Origin: Nitrosopumilaceae archaeon
Lineage (GTDB): Archaea; Thermoproteota; Nitrososphaeria; Nitrososphaerales; Nitrosopumilaceae
Length of the DNA stretch: 64,000 nucleotides
Assembly: GCA_965207375.1 (NCBI GenBank)
Contig: CBDBMG010000002.1
Coordinates: 704,001 to 768,000 of the forward strand
Reading direction: 5' to 3'
Every line of letters starts with the position of its first letter. Position 1 is the stretch's first letter. The position numbers and the translations under genes were made by a program. Below, piece after piece: positions 37,051 through 51,202 of this stretch. The notes below the pieces were generated by a model that saw only the letters and a list, made by a program, of their open reading frames with translations, did no database searches and was not told where the DNA came from.

Positions 37051-38339
37051 GCACACAAATGTACCAACAAACTCACTGATAATATGTAGTCTAGGCCTCT
37101 AGGGTGAGTCCTCATCTTGTACACTGAGCCATTTTAGGAGCATTTAGCCATCAAATTGCCCTGGTTGCACCTGATGGTGTTTCCTTATATAATTTTTTTG
37201 CCAGTTATCACAATGTAGCCCCACCCTTTCTATATGTATAACCTCGTCAATTAAAAAAAGTTCAAAATGTAAAAATTCAATTACAGAGAACACAGCTACA
37301 AAATTGCCACATTCCTGAGTGTTAATATACTGCTTCCCTTTAAATAAATCCCGCTCAGTTTAAAGGCCATGAATTCTACACAACTGAAAAGAGAACAAAT
37401 TTAATACAGCTAACATCATTCAACCAGCCATGGGTTCAGGAAACCCCCTTCATTTAACATAGATTCTACAATGTTGAATAAAAGCTTTATCAGGACTAAC
37501 TATTGCATACGATCATAATTATATGGGGGTTTCCCGAAGAAGGACATCGTATAATTCATTTTCGAAATTTACATTCCTGAAGAATACGATCCCTATTAGC
37601 CAATATCCTATTCCTAACCCATCCTATTCCTAACCCTAACTGATCGAAGGTCTGGGCAGCTACGCTACCCTGGCCGTTAACCGAAGCAAAGCCAGCAAGA
37701 TACTTTTATAAGGTTAGCTATCTAGGTACCATTACCGGTGGACTAATTTCTTCAGGAATGGGAATTTCCGTCGTGAACTTCATGATACACAGATCGCCTT
37801 CTCCGGGAAACCAAATTATATGGTAAGTTACTGTGTATAATCCTTCAAATTCCCATCCAACCTTCTATTATTCTCCTGTTAGAATAGCAATCATGGGTTG
37901 AACATTATTTAAAATTCGCGGTATGCTAAAACATGAAGCGCCAAACTAAACGTTGGATGGATTTTCTTTTGTAAAGACTAAGCAGAGGTATGCTTGTGAA
38001 TATTGTTGGTTTAGTTGATAGCTAACTCACAATGAATACGTTTTAAACCTCGCCTGGTTTCTTGTGTGTATGTGCATGTCCACCCCCAAGGCCATTAAAA
38101 CTATTCATATGAAATGAAGCCCAAACAACCAATCAAGCAAATCCTGCTTTTCAGTTCCTTTATAATGACACTGGCTAACCTAAGCGCGGGGTCTTTGTAA
38201 GGAAGTGCTACTGTCACCCCATCTGTGTGTTACTGTCACCCCTTCTATGTGTCACTGTTATTCTCCCCGTGCATTGTTGCTTTATGTCACCATTGGCCTT
38301 CTACCTACCTCATTGTGTATTGGTTGTCATTGATTACAG

Positions 38340-38728
38340 TGTGGTGATATTGCTGATATCCGATTGGCTCATAAACACATCAGGCGACAAGCTTGCCAGT
38401 TTGGATATGTTGAGTTCCAGCCTAAGGTGAAGTCACATGCTATACCCAAATGTAAGTCATGTGTACTTGTAACACAGGATGCTGCTAGGCTGGCCCTCAG
38501 GCTAGACAGATCAGAAATTTGTGGGCGTGCCATCTTTATGTCTCCTTGTAAAAAGGTGTGGAGGCTGGATCACATGATCAACCCAAGTTACCACCACAGG
38601 TAACCCATATCACAATACTCACTGGATGCCATGTGATCCTGTAGGAAAGGAATAACAAGACCACAGTATTTGTCATTAAGCTACCGTCTCATGTTACCAA
38701 AGAAACAGTAGAGGAGTTATTTTCTCAA
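38340..38728 (+). pseudogene. Three-exon tandem-RRM fragment, SART3/Prp24-like
   Basis: Exons 38340-38426 (CGDIADIRL..FGYVEF), 38478-38599 (DAARLALRLDRSEICGRAIFMSPC) and 38645-38728 (TTVFVIKLPSHVTKETVEELFSQ); canonical 51- and 45-bp introns; frame broken between exons 2 and 3. Confidence 0.65.
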
Positions 38729-39296
38729 GTGACTAGAATGAACATACAGAGAAAGATGGGTCAGCCGTGAGATACATAATTCAAGTATGTGCCAGAAAGA
38801 TAAACCTTGACGGTTACATAAGATAATTTTAGTGAAATCATGTGTGCGGTAAATATTAGGAGTGTAGCCTCAGTAGCTGTCTGATCTGGGAACAGAACCT
38901 GCAGTAGAGCTTTTGGCCATTTCTTCTGATGGGTGTGGTATCAGTAACGAAGCATGTCCTTAGTAGATGGTGCGTGCGTGCATGTGTGTGTGTGAGTTTT
39001 GCCACAGAGAGCAATATGAAATATTGATATAATTATCGAGGTGTTTCAACAAGTCCTGCTGGCTTGGGCTGTAAACAAATATTTAGTAAAATAGTTATAT
39101 CACTAAGGCACCAAAGAACAAGGCCATTATAAACTAAAACATTGCTATGCAGTCCTTATGATTGTGGTATTCAATTTTGCCTTTTTAAATTACCAGACAT
39201 TTAACACTTAATCATCACCAGGTGGGCTAGTAGTGCCAAATGGTACCTACCTTTTACCTGAGTAAGTTTTCAAACATCTGCGTGGTTTTGTGTTTG

Positions 39297-39790
39297 TTGG
39301 GGCGAGCCTGAGCGAGCCCCACATAAACGTGAAGTTCGTGCGGTCGGTCTGTCTGTCGTTCTGTCCGTACGTTCATGACACGAAAATATACAAGAGTAAT
39401 ATTAATTTACGGGGTACCTTCAGTTGTTGATTGCAGCGTTTAAGGCGGGTTTGGTGCACTGCTTTGTACACCAACATTCAACAAACATGTAGTGACAAAC
39501 AACATGAACAAACAGGTTCTTATACTAAGAAGCAAGTTTATCGATCGCTAATCAATAATAATTTTACCTAGCGCTATCTTATGTTGTTGAAACATGGAGC
39601 GCCTGTTAGCATGGCGTGGAATTTGTAGTATCTAGCACCTGTGATTCGTAAACAAGTCAACTGCAAGGCTTGAAGGTTTGATTCGTGACACGTGCATGTA
39701 TTTTGTGATAACGTGTTTATGCGCAATTAAAATATGCGTGTTGTGACGTTGCTCAGGCTCGCCCCCACAATACATTGTATTTTAACTAGT
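39297..39790 (+). mobile_element. HINE/DINE-like repeat
   Basis: 5' TTGGGGCGAGCCTGAGCGAGCCCCA, (GTCT/GTCC) patch, 3' GCTCAGGCTCGCCCCCACAA plus short hairpin and ACTAGT end. Confidence 0.75.
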
Positions 39791-41045
39791 ATGATGATAG
39801 GTTGGCGTGGTTGTTTATGTTGATATTAGGGAGAAAAGGTATACCACCTTCCAGGGCGACATCACGATGTTGCCCTGGTGGAGAAAGGGGAACATGAGAT
39901 TTGTAGCACCGTGCATCCCTTTGATCTGAGGTGTTACAGTGTTACATAGCTACATATAACATTAATGTAATTGAAAATCTTGTTATCCTGGTTTTCTATT
40001 TCAGATTCCACCATCTGGGGGGAGTGGTTCAGCACATAGCAGTAGATGCCTGAAAGTAATCAAGAATTGAATTCATGGAATAAAATTAATTATTATGACA
40101 GACATATCACTAACCTCATGGATGTTTACCATTGTAAATTAAAAAAACAGTGACCATTGACAAGCCCAATCCTTTAGAGTGCCATGAACATTAGTGTCAT
40201 AAGCATTAGAGGCGTACCGATATATCGGATCAGCAAAATATCGACTGCCAATATGGCAAATTTGCAATATTGATAATCGATAAGATAATGCAGGCTTAAT
40301 AAGTAATTGTCTGCTGCAGTTCATGAATTGCCTTGTATGGTTTACTGTAATAATATTATGGTGGTGCTTATATAAAACCAAAGCAGTTACTCTGGTCCTC
40401 AAGAATCCCACCTAATGGTACAGTTCAAAGGTCCTTGCATAGTAGCCACCCACCATTGATGTCATACGTACATTAAGTCTAGTAATGACAACATACCGTC
40501 TCTTGATTTTTTATCAGTGATCTAATTGCATGACTAGATCTTCATATCAATTTTTACACTATTTCCTAAACCATTGTTTGTGCATGGTATGTGCTAAAGT
40601 GTTATTAACCATTAATTGTCTGATTCCCAAACTATCATGTGCATGGGCACTGCACTATATTCCCATATACATAAACCTTCCATCAACACTAGCACTTAAC
40701 TAATCAATAGCAAACTGAAACACTAGACATTGCCCATGAGGGTAGTTGTAGGGGTGTAAGTGTTACCATATATAGCTGCATGATGTAAGTACGCTAGTTT
40801 CACAAAAAGCGTCACACACGAAAAGCTTTCCGGTTATGATAGCATTGGCAAAGTGAATTACTATAAGACTATCCACAACTGGTAAAAGAAATGGCAAGTC
40901 AACGTTGAATAGATTATATTACATCTTCTTACATCAAGATTACATACATCATCTTATATACATCACCTTCATCATCTTGTACATACATGCCATCAACATT
41001 ATCTTGTATACAACATCTTACATGAGCACACAAACACAACGGTAC

Positions 41046-41082
<37 letters not shown>

Positions 41083-42551
41083 TATGCAACTCGCAATTCA
41101 ATAATTATCATTAAGTACGGTAGTACTTAATAGTAGGGATTGGGAGGAAATTGTACGGCTTCGGGAAAATTTCGTGCTTTAAAAATCAACCTTGCAATAG
41201 GCTTTACTCGAAAAAACCAGCTGGAATGCATTGGTAAGGCTGTAATGATGCTGTACCTTGGTTAAACGAAACGACAAGTCGAATATTTCGACCTACAGCC
41301 AACTTTGAAAATTTCGAAATTCACCTGTATTTCGTCTGACAGCCTGCCAGCCAGCCAGCCTGCCGTAAGACCGGGTTGCGCTAGGTGTAGGGCTCCAGAA
41401 ATTTCACACAATAAAGGTAGGGTTTCCAATGTGAAAAATCGACTTTTGAGAATTAACTAGCAAACCTCTCCCACATGTTGGACTCGATGTCAAATAGAAA
41501 ACGCTGTATTGGCACCAATTTCTACCAACTCCTTCCACAAGAAATCGAATAACGTAGCTGCAAATCACGTGATAATATGCTATAACTTTCGTACAAGCCT
41601 AGTAAATACAGCGACACTTCTTCTCAACCCTTACTAGTAAGTTTATTATGGTGTCAAACCATTGGTGGCAGTTTTGTGATGGCTAAATTCCAGCGATAGC
41701 AAGATTAAGAAGGAATTTCAGGAGAAAAAATTACCTTTTCACCCCTGACGTACAAAGCAGTGAAGACAGCAGAACCCTCACAGCTCAGACATGATCGGTA
41801 ACTGTTAAACTTTTACCACACAGGATATTATTAAAGTTGGAGCATGTTAACTATCTGGGCGAACTCCATTGTGACAAAAATTATACCAAACTCTAGCGCT
41901 TTAAGCTCCTTGTCCTCATTACTATGGATTACTGCCGATCAAATGGGCCAGACAGCTATATAAAACATTGACACATGCAGACTGAGTCTACATGAATATT
42001 TTACAGACCGTATGGCGCCATATTGTCACCGACGTAGCTACACTTACTCAGTGCAGACTGCAGTGATTATAATGTGTTGCGCACAAACTATACTAACCAT
42101 GCATGTAACAATATATATATAGACTACAAGTATAAATTTACTGATCAGCAACTGACCTTGCTAGACCATGCAAATACCACAATCAGTTTTAGCATAATTG
42201 GCGTAGAAGTTTTGATTGTGGTTTTTGTTTTACATTGGCCTTATATTCAACCTGCGGTTGTTTAAGAAGGTTATTTAGCTAAGTTAAGGTTAATTTCCAT
42301 TGTAAAAAATCGATATTAGAAAATTAGCTACCTTATATTAGCTACATTGAAAACGCGCCTTACAAATAAAAATAATTAAGCGCCACACTTTAATTTGGAA
42401 GGAATTTTTGCTGGCACGCCATCTCGTTGGCCCACTTTTGCTGATTTGTTGGTGAGTTATTAATAATTGTGAATTGCATCACTATGAATGACTGGGCTTA
42501 CTGAGTATAGATCGTATATCGTCCGTGTTCGGATGATATACTGTAATATAC

Positions 42552-42855
42552 CAGTAATTGTAACTGTAATATTTCTACAGCCGGGGAGTCCACTCAGTAA
42601 ACTGATTTTCAGCGGAGCCCTGCACATACATACAAATATACATAAAACAAAATTAGTAGCTACTTACTGATATTACACAACATACATACATACACAAAAC
42701 AACTAACTACATACATAAAATACAGCACAAAAGCAAAAATACAATAAAACAAAACAATAAAAATCAAAAATTAAAGTAAGAATTTTTAAACAACGACAAT
42801 GTTGTGGCCCCAGTAACACTCAGCGACAAACTGTTCCATAAAATGGCCCAGTACC
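42552..42855 (-). mobile_element. LINE (CR1/L2-group) 3' end remnant
   Basis: GAILWNSLSLSV....LSLFK, then a 3' UTR and a short (TTACAR) tail. Confidence 0.55.
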
Positions 42856-42859
42856 GGCC

Positions 42860-43620
42860 GGATTGCTTGCGATGCTGCTGCGCTACTAAGGTTTAAGATT
42901 AAATACTGGGCAGTCAGCTCAGCTGGTTTGCCCAGGGGGTGAAAACCCCAAATAGTTCAATCATAGATACAATTAATTACAAAAATTATAGTTAAGTAAG
43001 TGGATAAATTCGTCCAAGTCTCTTGATTCTATAATACTAATTGGTAGATTATTCCAATCTTTAATAGTTCTTGGATAGAAACTATAATTATAAGTATTAA
43101 GAGTAACTTGTGGCAGGATAAAGTGATTCGGATGGTGTTGTCTTGTGTGAAATTGGGTTCTTTGATAGTGTAAAGGAATGGAAATCAGTAGTGCATTGTT
43201 AATTATTTTATAAAATAATGTTAACCTTGATAATTGACGACGCTGTTGTAATGTAGGTATATTGAGAACAGACAACAATGATGTAACACTGGTAGTTCTA
43301 GAGTATTCAGATAAAATCCATCGAGCAGCTCTTCTTTGTACTTTTTCTAGCTTATAAATGTCAGTGTCGTAATACAGATCCCAGATAGGAGTAGCATATT
43401 CCATAATAGGTCTAACTAGTGTTAGATAGGCTGTTTTTTAGTGTCAAGTGGACAACTATTAAGATTTTGTTTAATAAAATTCAGCACTTTAGTTGATCTA
43501 TTACTTATCATTTGTATTTGCGATAACCATGACATAGTATTATCAATTCCTACACCGAGATATGTATATAGTTTCTTTATCTCTAAATTATGACCCATTA
43601 AAGTATATGCATATTGTATG
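42860..43620 (-). mobile_element. LINE (CR1/L2-group) ORF2 C-terminal fragment
   Basis: YTYLGV.ID..MSW, LVRPIMEYATPIWD..LEKVQRRAARWI, SFYPRTIKDWNNLP; truncated at the inner TIR (43621). Confidence 0.85.
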
Positions 43621-44074
43621 TAGGGTTTCCAAAGCAAAAATTTAATGTCTGCAAATCGATTAGCCAATTATTGTTATAAGTTAGGCTAAGTGTCACTTGA
43701 ATAAATCTGGACTGGCGCTAAAAAATATTACTTCTTCTGGTAGTAATGGCATGAAATATCTGCGAGTCACGTGACTTCGTGTTCCCATTATGTGTATCGA
43801 TCCTCTCGCTTCACATTACTCGCCCCTAGCTTACCCTTATAAATGTATATTCACTTAGAAGTATTAATGGTTTAATTGGTAAGGTAGGTTATTTATAGGA
43901 ACGTCCTTTAAACAGTTTTTAGGCTTTAAAAATCGATTTTTGTTCACAGCGTGCAAAGCAATGGCAGCTGCTACTCCCTCACAGTCCAGAAATAATCAGT
44001 TATGGACAAAATATTTGTGTGCGAGGTACAGTTAAATTCAATCTTGCTAACCAGCTGGGGGATCTTGGCAAAAT
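43621..44074 (+). repeat. Long inverted repeat (left), ~450 bp
   Basis: Reverse complement of 49051-49508 with only scattered substitutions and indels; starts TAGGGTTTCCAAAGCAAAAA. Confidence 0.95.
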
Positions 44075-44760
44075 GTTGCATCACGTGCATAGAGCCATGC
44101 TCAAATCTTTGAATTGCATCTTTGAGAGAAAAACATTCAGGCAGTTTAGGTATTAAATTTTATGATTAATGCTGCCCTGGCGTAGAGGTATTATCATCAC
44201 CGATATGGTGGGTCACGTGATCTGTTACTAATAGAATCTATATCAATCTGGTATCAACTTAGACCGCTCTATTTGTTGTAAGTAACTTTAATATATTACT
44301 TATAAGTAAACATTTGTCAGTACTTGTAATCCATAGACTGGGTTATTTTATTGCATGGGCTTTAAATAGGGAACGGTTGCAAGCACCTTATGTAGTTGAA
44401 TCAAAAACAATAGAAACACGAAAGTTAGCAGGCCTAGGCGCATGACCTACATTTAATAATTAGCTCAGATGTACATTTTTCTACCATTAACATTATTAGT
44501 CGGCTCAAATGCTGGGCTTCAAATATAGCCTATACACACACATTTGTATTGGCTATACGTAGTAGCTACTTTTAATTAATTGCATTAAATGTATAAACAT
44601 TATCTTTTCTTCAGGTTTAGGACACCTTATACTGATATTGCTACACACATAGCTACTGATATACTAGCTACAGTATGACTAGCACTAGAGGTATGATATG
44701 CATTACTGAGTTAGCTGACTATAATATAGCTACTGTTGTATGACTCTATTTCATACAACA

Positions 44761-44949
44761 GATTCACCAGCTCCAGAAATTATGGCTTTGCAAAAAGAAG
44801 TCAAAAGTTGTTCAGAACGGGTAGAAATGCTACAGAAAGAATTTAAAGAATTAAAAAAAAACATTGAATCAGCATGCAAAGAAATGGATGCCACAAGATC
44901 AATTATAAATGAATTAGTTACAAAGGCATTATTTAACGATAAGAAATAA
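44761..44949 (+). CDS. Short coiled-coil exon convergent with the transposase
   Basis: AG acceptor at ~44761; heptad-rich ORF ending 44 bp from the transposase stop; weak similarity to the transposase's N-terminal coiled coil. Confidence 0.35.
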   Translation, partial: DSPAPEIMALQKEVKSCSERVEMLQKEFKELKKNIESACKEMDATRSIINELVTKALFNDKK

Positions 44950-44993
44950 TTTGCATGAATGTTCAGGAGGTATAGAACCAAATTTTTAGTCAC

Positions 44994-47900
44994 TTAATCA
45001 ATAACTTTTATATCTCCACTCAGTAAATCTATGTTAAGGTCAAATTGACACTGGTCATCTTCCCCATCATATTTAATTTTGTGGGTTTTTGTGGTGTTGT
45101 CATAGCCCAAAACAGTTCCAGTAAACCATTTTGTCTCCCTTTCGTTAATCTTGAATAGATGACAAATATTCTTACCAATCATAGCACTGGGATCTTGGAC
45201 ATATTTAGGTCTCGTAGCAAAATCTCTATCCAGATAATCCGATAACTCTTGTATTACAGTATTCAGTGGTCGTTGTTTTCGTAAATGGCTAAATGTAATA
45301 TGAATATCTTGGCCCAAAACTTTCTTTCTAATGTTTATTTGTGTTCTTAAAAGAGAAAGCTTTTGTGCTTTTTTCTTTGAGGTGGTGTTATTACTCGTGT
45401 CGATTTCACTAAGTAATTTTTGTAGTTCCTCAGAGCTAGTGATCAAATGAAGCTTGGAAAGTTTATCTCTCTCTAGTGTTGTCTTTTTCTTCAATGCTTC
45501 ATGTCTGGAATGTGCCTGTTTCATTTTTTCTTGCCTTTCTTTAGCAACTTTTATTTGCCTGCTTTTAATTTCTCTCTGTACAGTGGCTCTTGACTTGACT
45601 GCTAATTTCATTATATTATCTTGTTCTGCTCTTGGCAATTCATTTAACCACTCTATTGTGTGATTTTTTTTAATTTCAATGAGATTTGAGCGTGACATTT
45701 GATTGAGGTTCGGAATTGCAGTTGTTAAGTAATCGTTCAACCCAAGAATTGACTCACAGAGGTCATTACTTGGCTGAAGTGCCTTAAGCTCTTTCCTTAT
45801 CATTGGGTCCACCGGGTCCCAATAGGTTCCTCCAGGGAGTTGGTTAGCTGCATATGTGCACAACTTTTCCTTCATTTTCACAGCTCCAGCCATTAACAGG
45901 GGGTAAAGAAGGGAAGCCTCATCCTCATTTATTTGAAAAAGTCTTTCATGTACTGCTAAAGATTTTTCATGGAGGCGGTGGTTCAGTTTCTTGTTTGATC
46001 CATATAGTGTATCAGACTCTGATCGAAATACTCTGTAGCTTTTCTCCATTACAACTTCTGGATTTTGCTCAATTTCCTGCAGGCAACTCTTCAATTCAAG
46101 GTAATGTATGTTCATATCTAGTGCAGATTTGTTTAGGTCTGTAGATTTACTTAGCATGACCAAATCTGCATACACATGGTAAAACATCAAAGCATCACAC
46201 TTGAGCATTGCAAGCTGCTCAGGATCACCAAGTTTTTTAAAAACCTCCCGTTCTAACTTGTTTCCAGTATCCTTACTGTTGTACTTCAAATACTCTATTG
46301 CTGCTTCCTTGAGGAAAATTATTTTAGCTGCATTTGCAGCTGTGACAAAATATCGACTTCCAACCTGACGCTCTAAGGTGACTGTAGCACAGCACTGATA
46401 ATACAATTGGGATTGCTCATTTGCAGTAGCATCTGTACACATCAAAGCCAAGAAGTCAGGGAAGCTAATTGATCCTAATCCATATTCAGGAGTCCCATGC
46501 TTGCCAAATAATTTTACAAATTCATGCACAAGTGTATCGACAGGATGATACTCTCTTTCAGCACTGGTGGAAGGGTAGCTTATCATACCACCGAGGAATG
46601 CTTTTCGTAAGTTTACTCCAAGATGCATAGAGCAAAAGTTTTCAATGATCTTAGTTGTTTCCAATGTAGCAGCTCCAAATATTTTTTCATCTCTTGCCCT
46701 GTGTTCTTCAATTAGCTTGTTTAACTTCTTTTGGGTGGATGCAGAGTCTGAAGTTGATGAAACCAACATTGTCCAGTTAATACTATCTGCATTTGGTAGC
46801 TAGCTTTTGCTGTACATCGAAGTTGTTCAAGTTCTTGAGATATGTCAGATATTGTGCTGCTGGCAGAGCCATCCGATAATTCATTAACGGAGATAACCAT
46901 GCCGTTAATTGCTATGCTACCTAACTTTCTTTGTTGTTTTGTTGTTCCATCTGTGTTTATGTTAAATCGTATATTTTTGCTAATATCATCACATAAGACT
47001 GTAGCTTTGTGAGCATTACTGATGGTTTTTAACTCATCTCTTCTCATATAGCTAGCACAAGATCGTTTGGGTAATAAAATTTGATCAATATCCATTAATG
47101 GGTTGACACATTTAATTACTGTTCTAATAATTCCTTCAATGTTTGAGGCAGGAACTTGTTTAGCAAACAAACTATAATATAGTTTTCGGATTACTGGGGT
47201 AAACTGGTTACCATATTTTGTATTGAAGATGCTTGAGTGTGGATCTTTGTCTTTGCTTTCTAAAGCAGAACTTACTACTGAAAAATCTGCCTTCTCCTCT
47301 AACAGTTTGGATATATCTGCTTCATTTAATGCTTGGCTATCTTGAAGTTTTACAACCTTTTTCTGAGCAGCACAGCACTTTTTTTTCTGCACATCAGTTT
47401 CCTTTGTGCTACTACATAAAGCATTACTTGCAGTTTGCAACTGTTCTCTAGAGTGTTGTAGTTGTTGTTTTAGTTTGGACACTTCTGTGGTTAGTTCCTG
47501 TATATGTTCATTACACTTTGTAATTTCCCTTTTCATATTATTTACTGTGGCAACATGACAGTAAGGCATTGGTATGTCTGCCATTTTATCAGATAGTTTG
47601 TCAACAAAACGATATATGTTATCTTAAATTAGGGTCAATTGAATGGTACAGTAATCCTATTGCTGTTTTAGTGGCATTGCGAGTAACATGCCATTTTTTA
47701 ATAAACAAATGTAATTGTTGGTAAAAGCCAACACTTGGTATTCCTTGCAACTGCCACTTATCAGAGGGCTTCTTTTCTTCAGCAACCTGGCGGTGAATAT
47801 CACCCAGTAGCTCTTCAGTTAATCCATGTGCACAAAGTATGTCAGGAAAAGTACAGTGGCAGTCTATGGGAATATACATATAGCTATATGTAATAATGGC

Positions 47901-48380
47901 TGCATGATATCATAGCTACAGTAATATTTTTATATATAATGCACTGCATATAAATAGATATTGCATTTCTGAAAACCTAAAGGTACATGTTTGCACGGTG
48001 CATTGATTTATTATTAATTATAGTTATTTACCTTGATGTGATTGACCTCTAATACGAGGTGTCCATACTCTCTTGCAATATGAAGTCAACTGACTTCTAT
48101 TAAGACTCCTACTACCTCTGATCAATGATCGTGCTGGTGCAACAATACGGAGTACCGTGTCGTAGAATCTCCCAGGGCGACCAATATGTGTATTAGGATA
48201 AATTCGTTCAAACTCACAACAAAGGTGGTCTTTATCCCCAGGATTTGCTTGTTCACACTGTTCAAAGAGTGTTATGATGTCACCATATGTTATCACTACA
48301 TTTATATAAAGCAAAGACATGCCATGAATTAAATGTAAATTTGGCAAAATAATTGCCATTAGGTTAAAAGTGTCCTGCAT
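44994..48380 (-). pseudogene. CxxH-type (hAT-like) DDE transposase with a C-terminal Spindlin/Tudor-like domain; one frameshift near 46800
   Basis: Candidate catalytic motifs NTDGTTK (D), STSDSAST (D), FCSMH (CxxH), SNDLCES (E). Tail MIGKNICHLF..KWFTGTVL..IKYD..DLLSGDIKVI. Upstream ORFs 47619-47879 and 48024-48380 are probable exons. Confidence 0.7.
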
Positions 48381-48424
48381 TTATTCAATCCATGCCAGTT
48401 AACTTTACAATGTAGCTAGGTAGC

Positions 48425-48585
<161 letters not shown>

Positions 48586-49050
48586 ATATAACTATAAATA
48601 TAAGTGCACCTGAACTACTCATGTCTAGAAACTACAGACTAGCAGCTTGAGCAAAAGTATGTAGATATATATCACTGCACCAACATATAGCTAGTTATAT
48701 GGCTGATGTATAGCTACCTGTATATTAAATAAAATGCAATACAACACGCTACATAACCATTCATTACCTACCAGAGGTTAAAAATTCCTCTTCGGGTATA
48801 CCGGCAGTTAATTCCAGCCAGAAAAGTGTCACAGTATGCGCGAACGCACATACATACAATAAAATTTTGAATACGGAGATCACGTGAGTAATTTGTGCGT
48901 AGGCTCTGCATTCTATTTATTCATTATAATGTATCTAGCTTGCTGCATGGTTATATGACAAGCCAAGCTAGTCTATAAAGAAATGGGTGCTTTCATTACG
49001 GCTACGTACCTGGCAGTACAGCTGCTACCGGCTCGGCTAGCGGGCCATTG

Positions 49051-49508
49051 TATTTTGGCCAAGGTCCCCCCAGCTGGTTAGCAAGCTTCAAATTTAACTG
49101 TACCTCGCACACAAATACTCTGTCCATAACTGATTATTTCTGGACTGTGAGGGAGTAGCAGCTGCCATTGCTTTGCACGCTGTGAACAAAAATCGATTTT
49201 TAAAGCCTAAAAACTGTTTAAAGGACGTTCCTATAAATAACCTACCTTACCAATTAAACCATTAATACTTCTAAGTGAATATACATTTATAAGGGTAAGC
49301 TAGGGGCGAGTAGTGTGAAGCGAGAGGATCGATACACAGAATGGGAACACGAAGTCACGTGACTCGCAGATGTTTCATGCCATTACTGCCAGAAGAAGTA
49401 ATATTTTTTAGCGCCAGTCCAGATTTATTCAAGTGACACTTAACCTAACTTATAACAATAATTGGCTAATCGATTTGCAGACATCAAATTTTTGCTTTGG
49501 AAACCCTA
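49051..49508 (-). repeat. Long inverted repeat (right), ~450 bp
   Basis: Pairs with 43621-44074; ends TTTGGAAACCCTA. Confidence 0.95.
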
Positions 49509-50300
49509 ATAAAGGTAATGGCGGCGCATTTACGAAAATGTTATTCTGAAGACAATTTACCCACTGCGCCATGGCGATTCCCTTTATCCTTCATTCCTTT
49601 CCTTGTTCTTCTTTATTCCTTAGCAAGGTGCGAATTTCACCGAAGGTGACGATAGCCTGTAACGGCTTCTGCTTATTGCGTCACACAAAAATCTGGCTTG
49701 CACGTGATATAATTAGTTACAGTGGCACGATGTTTTCGCGTGTACTTTATTACATCGTGAACTTCGAGATTATAGCCTTGGACAAATAGCTTTTGCTGTT
49801 TTTCGAGCGTTATTTGCTATCACACAGCTGCTTTGCCATGTCAGCGCGTTGTTAACAAGCGCCTGTAAACAAGCATAATTATTACGTAAGCGCCTGTAAC
49901 ATTTTGTGCGCCTGCTAAAAGATTATTAAATGCTTAGCATGTATAAAAAGTAAACAAACTAGAATGATAAAATGAAGTGAGCCAAAAGTAGGGATTGAAC
50001 TTTGGATTCAATAGTGCTACAAAAAGTATTCAATAGTGCTACAAAAAGTAAGGAAACAAGGAATAAGATTTTGGGACGAGAGAACATTCTGGCATGAGAT
50101 AATTTATAAAAGTTTAATCCCTACTTTTGGCAAACCTGAAGTGAACCAAAAGTAGGGATTAAACTTTTATAAATTATCTTATGCCAGAATGTTCTCTCGT
50201 CCCAAAATCTTATTCCTTGTTTCCTTACTTTTTGTAGCACTATTGAATCCAAAGTTCAATCCCTACTTACTTTTTAAATTTTTAATTTTTTATCATTCTA

Positions 50301-50360
<60 letters not shown>

Positions 50361-50441
50361 TAACCTAATTGGGCCAAAAACATGTAGCTACCTAACCTAA
50401 ACTTAACGTAGGATAAAAATAGAATTTTAATGCATATATAC

Positions 50442-50886
50442 CTAACCTACAACAAAAAAACAAAAGGTAGCTACATTGATCAGTCTCTGAATGGGCCGGT
50501 TCCAATTCAATGTATTCCGTGTACCAATTTTGTATACCTCCCCACCTTGTGACTTATGGGGATACTTCACTTGGGATGGTAGTACTAACAGCCCTCTTTC
50601 TTTTTGCCTGTGGCTGAATACAACTGCAGTACTGCATCTTGCTGTTAGCCAATGACTTCTTCCACCCACACTATACTACATTCTCCCCCAAAGCAGCAAT
50701 AAAAGGCTCATTACTAATGTGGTAATGGAAAAAAAGGAACAAGATAAATGATCCCATAAACTGCGAAATATCCATAGATGGAACATCAGGTGGAGGCAGT
50801 GGGATGGATTTGGACAGACTTAGCAAAATATCCAAACCTGGATAATATATGTATGGTTTAAATTGGTTTTCTGAGGCCTTAATCAT
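50442..50886 (-). pseudogene. Possible Ulp1-like protease remnant
   Basis: AALGENVV.VGGRSHWLTA resembles the Ulp1 HW motif; heavily disrupted. Confidence 0.35.
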
Positions 50887-51202
50887 GATGGTACATTCAT
50901 TGCGATCTCATTGCATAAACACTTGTGAAAATGCCAGCAATTTCATGATGGCTGCTGGTAATTCACAACTTGCGCTAGCTATGGACATATGATATTTATG
51001 ACATCACTTAACTGTTCTGAATCAGAAGCATCTGTTGAGGAATGATTATTTAATCTGTATTGTTACATACTGTAAAGTCTTGATTGTCTATAGACGCCTT
51101 AAATTTGTGGGCGTGACTAATATTGCGTAATGTAAAAATCACGTGAATTCATGGTCTGCCATTTTTGTAGGACAAAAACTCTGGACTTATTTGTTGTTGT
51201 TC

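Noticed and set aside
37605-37640. CCTAACCC telomere-like motif
   Set aside because: Only two or three degenerate units, inside a small inverted-repeat element; not a telomeric array.
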